A stretch of 64,000 bases of DNA from the human T2T-CHM13v2.0 reference genome, Homo sapiens: NCBI RefSeq assembly GCF_009914755.1, contig NC_060939.1; one strand, given 5' to 3'. The notes under the pieces are model-generated. The model saw only the letters and a program-made list of their open reading frames with translations. It had not been told where the DNA came from and ran no database searches. A program made the translations under genes and the position numbers. Positions 1-13,360 of this stretch are shown in pieces (within the stretch, counting starts at the first letter, position 1; each line of letters begins with the position of its first letter).

Positions 1-34
1 TTTTTAACCCACATAAGTTGCAATACTGACATAC

Positions 35-185
35 CCTGAGAATTTGATCACCTTCCTCTAAGCCTTCCTTGGCTGCAGGGCTATCTTCTAGAACGCCAGC
101 TACAAATATTCCAACATCATTTCCACCAGCCAGCCGCAAACCCACACTATCTCCTTTTCTGAATTTTACCAATTTCATGCTGGGC
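35..185 (-). CDS. TJP1: TJP1 exon 11 (151 nt), PDZ3: [50 protein letters not shown]
   Basis: taacag|GCCCAG...CTCAGG|gtatgt. Phase 2-0. Confidence 0.97.
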
Positions 186-1515
186 CTGTTAAAACAGATA
201 TTTCATTTGAAACAGTTAAGAAGAGCTTAAAACGTTATAGCAATCACTACAGTGAAAACTATATTCAGAATTAAATAAAGAACCATCATTTCTAAAACTT
301 CTCTCATACCACTATTTTACTAAATAAAATTTAGTGTTAGAATTCAAATCAGACTTAATAACACTATTTTCTGATTAACAGTTTTGGAATATTCAAATTT
401 AATATGCAAGTACTATTTTACATAACTAATTTATAAAATTACTTTGTAAAACAATGTTTTCTCAACTCTCAAAGAGTTATGGTACATTCCAAATGGCTAA
501 AAACATCTTCCATTTTTTCCACCCCAATTCACACATCATTTCTATTAATAACTGAAAAGTCAAATTTTTTAAAATAAAGGTAGAAATTGAAGTATAAATT
601 GGCTAATTTTCCTAACACGATGGACTCAAAATAAGGCTCCAAGCATTGTGATTTCTACATGTAACAGAGAGTGATTTTTAAAAAAACTTTGCAGTTGGTG
701 GAGTCTTTCAGTAGTTCACAGAGTAGTTCACTTACTCTGCTGCCCCTCTGAGTTTTACAATACAAATCATATAGTCATTCAGCCTTTCTACATTAGCCCC
801 ATATCCATTCTGTCCCTTTCTAGTTCTCTGAATGGAAAAAAAAAATAATGCATACACACCCACCTCTAGCATCAGTGTAGTGTTGAAACCTTGTGACACT
901 CCTTAAAACAAATACTAAAGGATGCCTTCTAAGAACTGACTGGATAGAAACAGACTGTAATTAAAAATTACCCACTATATTTCCCTTCTAGGGATTCATA
1001 AGTACTCTCACATTCCTAGCAAGAAAATACACTATTTTACCTATTCTGACAAGAAGTGTAGAAAAAAATCCCTATACTCTTTATTATGTAATACTAACCA
1101 AATTATTAGAAACTAATAGATAACAATAACAACAACAACAACAAAAAGTCAAATAAATGAATGAAATGTGTTGAGGAAGGAGAGATTTCTAGTCTCTTTA
1201 AGCCAACTAAAGAGATCGCCTTAACTTTCAGAACTTACTATTTATTCATTTCTGATTGGGTTACCTGACCTGGAACTAACATCAGCTAGTCATAAAAGTA
1301 AGAGCCTGAGAAATCAGATGAGGTCTCTCACTGGCTGGTGGCATCCTTGATCCCTCCATGAAACTATTTACCAGCTTTACTACAAATGGTCCAAGCCCCT
1401 TGGTTGTAGTGGTATCCTAGCCAGGTCAAAAGCATTCTCATAGATTCCTCTCCTAAACCCATTGTACTGAAACCTCTTTAAATATTTCCTCAAAGTCCTT
1501 AAGACTCCAGGTCTC

Positions 1516-1634
1516 AGTTGGGTGTGGCAGCTCAAGCCTATAATGCCAGCACTTTGGGAGACTGAGGCAGGAGGACTGCTTGAGCCTAGGAGTTTGTTCC
1601 CAGCCCTGATCAACACAGCAAGACCCTGTCACTA

Positions 1635-1668
<34 letters not shown>

Positions 1669-1850
1669 AGCTGGGTTTCGTGGCTCGTTGCCTATAGTCC
1701 TAGCTACTCCGAAGGCTGAGGTGGGAGGATTCCTCGAGCCTAGGAGTTTGAGGTTATGGTGAGCAATGATCACACCATTATACTCTAGCCTGGGTGACAG
1801 AGTGAGGCCCTGTCTCTTTAAAACAAAGCAAAACAAAAACAAAAACAAAA
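1516..1850 (+). mobile_element. Alu (AluJ-like) with an expanded central A tract
   Basis: Dimeric Alu structure, ~29-A linker, (AAAAC)n-type tail. Confidence 0.9.
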
Positions 1851-2118
1851 GATAGGACTTTGGAAATCCTCTTCTAACCCTGACCCATCTAATGTGCTTC
1901 AAAAAGCAAAAACAACTGAGCACAGTATCCACCCTTTAGTAAAACATGGCTTCTGAAAACCACTGTTAGAAGACAGCTTTAGGCCATATCTCACCAACAG
2001 TGTCATGTGCCTTAGATGACTGACATTTTATACTTTGTCCTGCCTGCATTATATTAACTACTTGCAGTAGCAAAACAGACTCACTAACTTCTGCATCAAA
2101 TCCATTCATTGGCTTTAA

Positions 2119-2517
<399 letters not shown>

Positions 2518-2724
2518 AGTCTCTGGAATCTTATCATTACAGTTTCCTAAACCTCAAACACTTACACAAGTTTTCAAGCAATTCCCAAGAAAGGAAAAGA
2601 AGGGGACTATCTATGCCTGCACAATTTATAAAAGGTTGAATTATCAATTACCTAATATTAAAATTGTACAGTTTTAAACTTGTAAAAACCCCATCTCTTT
2701 CAGGAACTACTTCTATCTACCTAG

Positions 2725-3047
<323 letters not shown>

Positions 3048-3116
3048 CGGAATTCTGTCAATTTTCAATTATTCACATCATGTCCCCTTTACCAGTGCCA
3101 ATAAAAAACTAATTTG

Positions 3117-3413
3117 GGCTGGGTACAGTGGCTCACATCTGTAATCCTAGCACTTTGGGAGGCTGAGGTTGGTGGACTGCTTGAGCCCAGGACTTTTAGA
3201 CCAGCCTGGGCAATGCGGCGAAACAAAACCCCGTCTCTACTAAAAATACAAAAATTAGCTAGGTGTGGTGGTGTGTGTCCTTTCATCCCAGCTACTCAGG
3301 AGGCTGAGGTGGGAGGATTGTTTGAGCCCAAGAGGCAGAGGTTGCAGTTAGCCGAGATTGCACCACGGCACTCCAGCCTGGGCGACAGAGCAAGACCCTG
3401 TTTAAAAAAAAAA
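3117..3413 (+). mobile_element. Alu (J or old S)
   Basis: ggctgggtacagtggctcac through to a polyA tail. Confidence 0.9.
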
Positions 3414-3565
3414 ACTAACCAAACAAACAAAAAACTAATTTGATAATCATGATGGTTTGAAATTTGTTTACAAATTTACATCTCAATTCTACCAAGTATA
3501 TAATGTAAAGTAATGAAAGGTGTTAAGATAGTAAAAACTTACTTTTGGGTTGCTAACTACCCTAG

Positions 3566-3778
3566 AACAGGTTCTCAACCAATCTCAACCATGATTTTGC
3601 CCCCAAGGAAACATCTGGCAATGTCTAGAGATAATTCTAATTGTCACAACTAGGGGACTGCTACTGGCATCTAGTGGCCAGGATTGCTGCTAAACATGCC
3701 ACAATGCACAGGACAGCCCCTCACAACAAATGCTTACCTGGCCCAAAATGCCACTAGTGCTGAGATTGAGAAACACTG
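3566..3778. mobile_element. MER20 (hAT-Charlie non-autonomous DNA transposon)
   Basis: ttctcaacc...tttgcccc...ggcaatgtct...ctactggcatctagt...ttgagaaacactg matches the MER20 consensus as I recall it. Confidence 0.8.
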
Positions 3779-4103
3779 ATTTTTTTTTTTTTTTAATGCT
3801 CCATTGGAAAGCTGTGGAAATTCTGATGTCTGAATAGAATTTTTTTTTTTTTCTAATTCCTAATTTAAAAGCTAGGCAGGAGACAGCGGTGAGAAAGAAA
3901 GCATCCAAAAAGTTCCTTTGTTGTCTAATTTCTAACTCACTATCATATATAAGTAGCAGAATGTTAAATATAAAAATAATCATAGTATTAGGTGGTATGT
4001 ACTATTTTAAAAAATATATGCAATATGGTTTACAATTAAATTCCTACTCTGAATAATGTTAATAATGAACAAAGAAAACAATACAACTTTAAAATTGTAT
4101 TAC

Positions 4104-4209
4104 CGAAGAATCCCATCTTCATGAGTTGAATTAGGTAGGACACCATCAGATGGACTGACAGGTAAATCCACATCTGGTTGCCCAACTTGGGCATACACAG
4201 GCTTTGGTT
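4104..4209 (-). CDS. TJP1: TJP1 exon 10 (106 nt), EPKPVYAQVGQPDVDLPVSPSDGVLPNSTHEDGILR
   Basis: ttttcttag|AACCAA...CTTCG|gtaata. Phase 1-2. Confidence 0.97.
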
Positions 4210-4712
4210 CTAAGAAAAAAAAAATTGAGTAGGACTCACTTTAGAAAAACATGGAATAATAATGCAAGCAACCAAGCAATATATGATTCATAAGTTCAGA
4301 GAACCTGATGAGGAACATATCTACCATATGTATTAGAGTACATTTTATAGTAATAAATTCTGAAGTCTTTATAACAAGTAGGTATGTTACACAGTCACCT
4401 GTGTTTTCCATAGTTCCAGCAATCAGAATTTGAAAAATCTATTCTTTAAGAACGAATAACAAAAAATAGATATGAGAAGAGAGAATTCCTACACTTCCCA
4501 GTTAAGACTGCCAAAGTAGCTACCTTTCCTCATTATGATAAAATGTTTTTAAATAACCATATTTCTGCCACTCAGCAAGCAGAGCAAGAAAGATGATTTG
4601 AGAAAAGGAAGTGAAAGACATCAGAAACAAAATCTCCAGGCCTCCCAGGCAACCGATCTTAGCACCTTGCTGATTCTGTTTTGTCTTCACAGACAGCTTT
4701 AAAAGGATGCTT

Positions 4713-5035
4713 GGGTCAGACACAGTGGCTTGCACCTGTAATCCCAACACACTAGGAAGCTGAGGTGGGAGGACTGTTTGAGGCCAGGAGTTGGAGACCA
4801 ACCTGGACAACAAAGCAAGATTCCATCTCTCCAAAACAACAACAAAAAACAAAGAAAACCCACAAAAAAACCCCAGAAAACCCAAAATAGCCAGGTGCGG
4901 TGGTGCACACCTGTAATAGGGAGGATCAGGTGGAAAGACAGCTGGAGCCCAGGAGTTTTGAGGTTACAGCGAGCTAATCACACCACTGCACTCCAGCTGG
5001 GTGACAGAGTGAGACTCTGTCTCAAAAAAAAAAAC
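4713..5035 (+). mobile_element. Alu (AluJ-like, degenerate)
   Basis: Two Alu arms with an expanded A-rich linker. Confidence 0.88.
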
Positions 5036-5414
5036 CCAAAGACAATAAATAAAGGTATACTCCATAAAATGTTTATGAAAACACTTTCAAAAAAGCAAAA
5101 TAACTTTTCTTTTTAAATTTTTGAAGCCAATCTCATGTTTCTCTTTAAGGAGCAGTGTTGGAAAACAACTTTACTAATTGCAAGAAGTTGTTAATGATAA
5201 ATATTTTCTATCTAGAAAGTAAAGGAAAACATTCATGAAAGGCAACTGATTTGTGCCAACCTGCTACCCATAAGGAAAACGCTGGAAGTCATATGCAGAC
5301 AAATTCACACATGAGAAGAATAATAATTGCATCTTTAAAATCTTCTGTAAATCCTAACAATTACTTCACTCTACTTGCAAATGTTTCTTGAACTTAGTGT
5401 TTCGTTATGCTTAC

Positions 5415-5554
5415 CTGGAAGAGAAGGTGTTTGTTTCTCATTTCTTTCAACTGTAACTTCTTCCACTGTTTTAGGTGTGTGATCATCAGCATGCTTTACA
5501 GGAGTTGAGACAGCCCCAGGTTTAGAAATTCTCTCTTCATCTCTACTCCGGAGA
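5415..5554 (-). CDS. TJP1: TJP1 exon 9 (140 nt), SLRSRDEERISKPGAVSTPVKHADDHTPKTVEEVTVERNEKQTPSLP
   Basis: acacag|TCTCCG...CCAG|gtaagc. Lies within ORF 5371..5565. Confidence 0.97.
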
Positions 5555-6218
5555 CTGTGTGTCATTAAAATAAAAAATCAAGAGCATAAGAATGATTCTG
5601 GAAAGCATCTGTAAGAGAACAGTATAAGAAGAGGCAATGCAACTTCAAAAACAATGACAACCTGCTCTAACAGATACCAAAATATTGTAAAAACCTAGTA
5701 ATTAAAAATAGAGCATTACCACAGAAAAACCAAATAGATTCATGTAATAAAATCGAAAATGAAGAAATATATCTATAATAGCAAAATTTATCATGAAAGT
5801 AGCATTCCAAACAAAACTGTTGGAGAAGGAACATAACATTTAATAAATGGTGTCGGGACAACTGTCCACAAATGTAGAAAAATTAGATCCGTATGTTTAA
5901 CAATGACAAAAATAAACTGATTTCAGATGAAATCAAGTCCTAAAAAAAGAGTTTAAACATTCACATAATCAACAGGAGTCTTCTAAAGTAAGACTCAATG
6001 AAGCCACAGTATATCAACAAAAGTGATTACATAAAAATAAAGTACGTGCAAATAATTGGGAAACATATATAATACTGGGCTGAACTAAATGAAATGGGAA
6101 TTCTTTAGTTCAAACAGCTCGATGTTAACTATTTCATACAGTTTAACTAAATACAAATGTTGACTATGTACTGACCTAAGTAACATATATAAGAATTTGG
6201 TACTTAAAAAAAGAAAAG

Positions 6219-6517
6219 ACAGGCATGATGGCTCACGTCTGTAATTCCAGCACTTTGGGAGGCCAAGGCAAGAGGACTGCTTGAGCCCAGGAGTTTGAGA
6301 CCAGCTGGGCAACATAGCAAATTCCATACTCTGTAAAAAAAATTTAAAATTTAGCCAGGCACTGTCACTTGTTCCTACAGTCCTAGCTATTTAAGTGGCT
6401 GAGGTGGGAGAATTGCTTGAGCCGAGGAGTTGGAGGCTGAAGTGAGCTATGATAGAGCCACTACACTCCAGCCTAGGCAACAGAACAAGACTCCGTCTCT
6501 TTGAAAAAGAAAAAAAG
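6219..6517 (+). mobile_element. Alu (AluJ-like)
   Basis: Recognisable Alu dimer. Confidence 0.88.
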
Positions 6518-6671
6518 AACTATAAATCAATCAAGACAACTCAAGAGAGAAATGCAAAAATACAAAGAAGCTTTTCAGCAAAAAGGATGTACAAATACGT
6601 AATAAATATGCAAACACATTTAACCTCACTAGGAACTAGGGAAATACAAATTAATTAGAAACTGTATTATC

Positions 6672-6962
<291 letters not shown>

Positions 6963-8868
6963 TCATATTATCATCCATGAGAACTTTCACATGATAACAT
7001 CACTGGTAGGGAAAGATATGGAGAAACAGACATATTCACAAAATGATGGTAAAAGTGTATGACTATTTGAAGGCAAAATGGAAATTATCAAAACAAAAAA
7101 TGTAACTAGGTCATACACTATAATTCCACTTCTATATTTATTCTAGAGAAATACAAATGTACTCAAGAAAACATTTATAAGAACATTCATTCTAGTATCA
7201 GTTTTAGTGGCAAGAAACAAAATAAAACTAAATGTTCATTAATAATTTCCCCAGATAAACAGAAATCATAAAGTGTACCAAGACAATATATATTTTAAAA
7301 GAAGCCAATAAATATATCTTGAATAAAAAGATAAATCAAGATCTATAATTTTACAAAGTATCACGTATATATGGTTTTACAGCTGCATTCTCCCAACCTC
7401 GGAAAAACAAAATAATTTGTTTAATTATCCTGGACCACAGAAAAATATAAAAAGCTCTCTAATTCACTTAAAAAAAAACTTTATTTCCAAACATATACAG
7501 CCATACAGAGAACAGTATCATAAAACCCCATGTACTCATCGTCGACAATTATCAATACTCTAGTCATCAGCATTCCAATCTGAGGCTACCAGAACCTTTA
7601 ACATCCAAATCTTGATGACAAGAGTACAAAGAGAGAAAATAATATATTTTTCATTATGAATGGAGGAAAAAATTCTAAATAAATAAAATACTAGCTAGGA
7701 GAATACAGTAGTGTATTAGAAGACTATCATCAGGGTTATTTCAAGGGTGCAAGATTAGTTCGACATTAGGAATTTACTGACACAATTCATTATTATGCAC
7801 AAATATTTACAGAAAAAAGTGTTAATATCAAACTGGCATGAGAAAATTTGCAGTCATTCCTAAACAAAAACTGAAATAAGCAATATAATTATGAAAGAAA
7901 CTATTTTCTAAAACCAAGAGCAAACATCCTATCAAATAGTGAAATGCTGAATGTATTTACACTATTTACACCAAACTCAGTAACAGGACAGTGATACCTG
8001 TGAACACTACTGTTATTCACTCTGATTTTGAAGACCCAGGTAGTATAATCACGAGCTAATGGTCCCAAAATATTGAAAAAAAAAAAAAAACTTAATGAAT
8101 ATTAAAGACTACTGAAAAATTTCCTGAATTAAGATAATTTTAATTACATAAAAAAATCTTTTGTCAATATCGTCAACAATCAGATGGAAATGAAAGGGAA
8201 AAAATAACACCAGTAACAAGAACATTAAACATTCTAAAACTTTAGACTGGGGGAAGCCTTTGCAAGTAGGATAGAAATTCGGAAGCCATAAAGGCAAGAT
8301 AAAAATATCTGACAAGATTAAAAACTTTTACTTGCACAGGAAAAGATATTATAAAGACTTACATTTGAAACACAGCTATATCAGTAATCTGGTACTAGCC
8401 ATTAAAAATTTTGAACAACACAAACACACTCTTTAAGGACTTTAGAAATAAAATGCACCAGCACAGTACATGAAATCAGGTACGAAGGTGCTTACTGCCA
8501 TGTTTTCGCAGGCAAATACCTAGAAACAAGATGTCCATAATACGGAAAGTTTCTTATCAAAAGAATAAACTGGATGTTCACCTTGTATTGTTCAACTGAA
8601 ATAATTTAGCTGAGTAATAATTCAAATCCTGATCTCTTAATTATTAAAAGAAAAACCCAAACCCTATATATGATACCAAATGTCAGTACGAGTCTGGAGA
8701 ATGGCTTAATTCAAGAAGAGTGAGAACTGGGGGTGAACTGGGGGTGAAGTGGAGTTGGTGGATTTGATCTATTTCACTTGTTCTAATAAGCATGCATTGT
8801 TTGTAAAAGACTATTAAAATTAGGTGTAATGAAATAGAATGATATGTACAGACATGAAAACTTTAAAA

Positions 8869-9332
<464 letters not shown>

Positions 9333-9753
9333 TCACCTTGGAGGGAAAAATAGCCAAAATAGTAGCCAAGAGGAATTTTACAGTTATCTCTACTATTTCA
9401 ACTTTTACAAAAATTTACTTATTATAATAAAGATTGAAAAAATATATTTAAAATTATTTTTAAAGACTAACTTTAAACATAAAATTTGGTTTTATTAACG
9501 TATATTATTAGTAGTCTCTTTTCAGGAAAAGGTTTCTTTCTATGTTGTCTTCCTGAAGGAATAAAAAATAAGTACTTTGCATAGTTTCTATTTTTGTATT
9601 CTTTTAACCATTCTGTGGAGGTGTATTCTACTTTTAAGTTGGTATATTCTTAATGAGCTGCACTGAAGTAGAACAATCTTTTAGGAAAAAAAAAAAAGCC
9701 AAGATATTTTCTAGCTCAAACAAGGATGAGCTACTTTTAAATTGGAAAAGATT

Positions 9754-10110
<357 letters not shown>

Positions 10111-10984
10111 TTACTTGTGTAATAAAATATCACAATTAGCTAAGTATAAATCAACAAAATTAAGCTCTATCCCCAAATTGTGCTGTGCTCCTCAGATTAA
10201 AAGGGAAGTGCAAAATAGTAAATTATCCCTGCATTGTTTGCATTAAAAAATATGATTAATATATTATAAATACAAAATTATTTTTAAAAAGAGAAAAGTG
10301 AAAAAATAAGTTAAAATGAGTATTTTTAAAGAGAATGAGTTACCCACAAAATTTTAATAGTTCTACAGATTTCTATTGCTCTGTACAAAGCAGAATTTGT
10401 TTAGAAAAGGTAAGAATTCCAATTAATTTTCTTCTTTCTTGTAACTGATCAAAACTTCTAAAAATTAAAATGTGATTAACAGACATTACCATCTTGGTAT
10501 TTTAACTTACAATATTTTAACTCAAATGCTCTCCTCAATGATAAACGATAGGTCGTCATTGGCTATACATGTAGGGCTCTTGCTCCATATATCACACAAA
10601 ACTTCTGGGAGTATTTTTATCTTTGGCCAATTTGCATACCCCATTGCTAATTACCTTTTTGTCCTGTGATACAATCATTATAACATTAAATGCAATTAGC
10701 CTTCCAAAACAACATTTCACATAAATGGGACTCACACCATTCTATTCAATTTTTCATACAATTAATATTTGAAATATTAGCTTTTGTTAGTGCATTTCCA
10801 TTATCTACCAAAAGATGGAGGCATTTTTCAATAATACATAAAGATCTAGAACAGTACTGTTTAAGAGAATTATAAAATGAGCTGCTTACGTAATTAAAAA
10901 TTTTCTAGAATCCATGTTAAATAAAATAAGGCGAAATCAATTTATAAATTTTATTACTCAATGTATCTAAAGTAGTATTTCATC

Positions 10985-11145
10985 ATCTAAGTTATTAATG
11001 AGGTATTTTACATTTTTTGCATACTGTGTTTTCAAAATCCAATGTGCATTTCACACTAACAATACACCTCGATTTGGACTGGCCACATTTCAAATGTTGA
11101 ACAGTGACATGTGGCTACTGGCTATGGTGTTGGACTATGCAGATC
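10985..11145. mobile_element. MER33/MER3-like hAT fragment
   Basis: gccacatttcaaatg...catgtggctactggcta...ttggac terminal motif. Confidence 0.65.
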
Positions 11146-11335
11146 TAGAGTTACAGCACAAAATAAAATAATCAACTTTTCCAAACATTAAAATGTTCTT
11201 TCACAAGCAAATGTGACTATGAAGTCAAGATAAAATCTGAATTTACACATGAAATTAGTCAACAATCAGTGGCAATTATTGAAAGAAATTGTGAGGTTGT
11301 GATAATGAATCACATTTTTCCCAAACCTTCCTAAT

Positions 11336-11337
<2 letters not shown>

Positions 11338-11368
<31 letters not shown>

Positions 11369-11648
11369 AGTCAGGGTCTCAATGTTGCCCTGGCTGCAGT
11401 GCAGTGGCACAATCATACTTCACTGCAGCCTCAACCTCCCAGGCTCAAGCAATCCTCCCACCTCAGCCTGCAAGAGTAGCTGGACTACAGATGCGTGCCA
11501 CCATACCCTGCTAACTTTTTCTACTTGTTGTAGAGATGGGGTTTCGCTATGTTGCCCAGGCGAGTCTCGAACTTCTGGGTTCAAGTTATCCTCCTACTTC
11601 GGCTTCCAAAAGTGCTGGATTACAGGTGCAAGCCACCATGCCCAGCCC
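11338..11648 (-). mobile_element. Alu (AluJ-like)
   Basis: ~30-T tail followed by an antisense Alu. TSD-like ttcctaattc / cataattc. Confidence 0.9.
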
Positions 11649-11696
11649 TTCCTCACATAATTCTATCCTAATGGCTCTCCATATTTAAGCTTAAAA

Positions 11697-11697
<1 letters not shown>

Positions 11698-11747
<50 letters not shown>

Positions 11748-11752
11748 TGTGC
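11698..11752. repeat. (TG)n microsatellite, about 22 units, ending in TGCG variants
   Basis: Directly visible. Confidence 0.97.
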
Positions 11753-12149
11753 GTTTGCTATTATGAGGAAAGCTTTCTATAAAAATTATGTGTTCGGAGT
11801 CAGGTTCATGTTTACGTATTCCAGCTCCTGGTAGCCTAGAAGGAAACTTAGGGCATTTTAAGGTACCTCAAGATCCTCTTATGGGCACTTTTGCTTTTCC
11901 CCAGAAGGGTAAGACGAGTTTCTGTTGTTTTTTTTTTTTTTGTATTAACTTGCACGTATTAATCTAAAGGTAATGACCTTGTTATCTGGAGGCTATGAGC
12001 TAGTTGAAAGCTCTAGACAAGACAGCTGACAAAGATGGACTGGAAAGGAGTCTCTGAGAGAGATTTTATAGGTCACATGAACGGACTCACTGTTAAGCAG
12101 AGCCTACTTTAGGTCTTACCCAATCAAATGTGTGACCAGTGTAGCCGAT

Positions 12150-13360
12150 TAATACACACTCAATTAGATTAGCAAGGAGTAACATGCTGTTTCAAGTAAA
12201 AAACTTTGGTTGTGAAATTGCAGCTGTTTGGAGCCATTTAGTAGAGGCAGAGGGCATGCAGCATGGTCAGTACAGGGTCCTGGGGAGACGCTGTAGGAGA
12301 GAAGGTGCATCCCCTCAGCATGCTCCTGCAGTGCCCAGCATCCTAAAGTACTCGGTGGCCAGCAGCCTGCTCCAGAGACTCTCTCAAACGGTTCTGTTGT
12401 GTGAAGTCTCCCATGAGATACCTCCCCAGCACATGGGAGTACAAATACCATGCAAGTTCGTCTGGTGACATACCACAGCAAATTCTCGGCCACTCAGTGA
12501 GCACCGTTGTTCCCTTTCCAAGAAGGCCAGATCTCAGCCCTGAGGATGAGTGAGTGGGAGCCTCTTCCTTTGGCACTCTATCTCAGCACCAAGGAGAGTA
12601 GCTGCTCCTTCTATCTGTGGTTCTTTTGTGCTTTGTTTTTGAGACGGAGTCACGCTCTGTCACCCAGGCTGGAGTGCAGTGACGCAATCTCGGCTCACTG
12701 CAACCTCCGCCTCCTGGGTTCAAGTTATTCTCCTGTCTCAGCCTCCTGAGTAGCTGGGATTACAGGAGCATGCCACTGTGTCCGGCTAATTTTTTTTTTT
12801 TTTTGAGACTGAGTCTCGGTCTGTCACCCAGGCTGGAAGTGCAGTGGTGCGATCCTGGCTCACTGCAAGCTCCGCCTCCCGGGTTCACGCCATTCTCCTG
12901 CCTCAGTCTCCCGAGCAGCTGGACTACAGGCACGTGCCACCACGCCCAGCTAATTTTTTGTATTTTTAGTAGAGACAGGGTTTCACCGTGTTAGCCAGGA
13001 TGGTCTTGATCTGCCCTCGTGATCAGCCCGCCTCAGCCTCCCAAAGTGCTGGGATTACAGGCGTGAGCCACCACGCCCGGCCTAATTTTTTGTATTTTAG
13101 TAGAGACAGGGTTTCACCGTGTTGCCCAGGCTGGTCTTGAACTCCTGAGTTCAGGCAATCTGCTCGCCTCGGCCTCCCAAAGTGCTGAGATTACAGGTGT
13201 GAGCCACTGCGCCCAGCCCTATCCGTGGTTCTTAATCTTCAGAGCTCTCTTTAGTTCTTACCAGTCAATCCCTCATTACTCCTGTTATGTTTAATTTCTT
13301 TACATTCAACTTTCTCTGTTCATGGAAACTGTGCTTTCTGTCTCCTGATTGATAAGATAT
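12150..13360 (+). mobile_element. Old ERVL-class LTR remnant (LTR67/LTR33-like), interrupted by Alus
   Basis: The 3' part (tccctcattactcctgttatg...ctttacattcaacttttctctgttc...tttctgtctcctgattg) resembles ERVL LTR U5 ends. The 5' boundary is uncertain. Confidence 0.45.
12624..13218 (-). mobile_element. AluS with a full AluY (about 12790-13082) nested in its A-rich linker
   Basis: Outer TSD ctatctgtggttctt / ctatccgtggttctt. Inner TSD ctaatttttt. Confidence 0.92.

Noticed and set aside
11927-12150. Poly-T followed by unique sequence as a minus-strand processed pseudogene
   Set aside because: No AATAAA/ATTAAA at the right spacing, no TSD and no recognisable coding homology.
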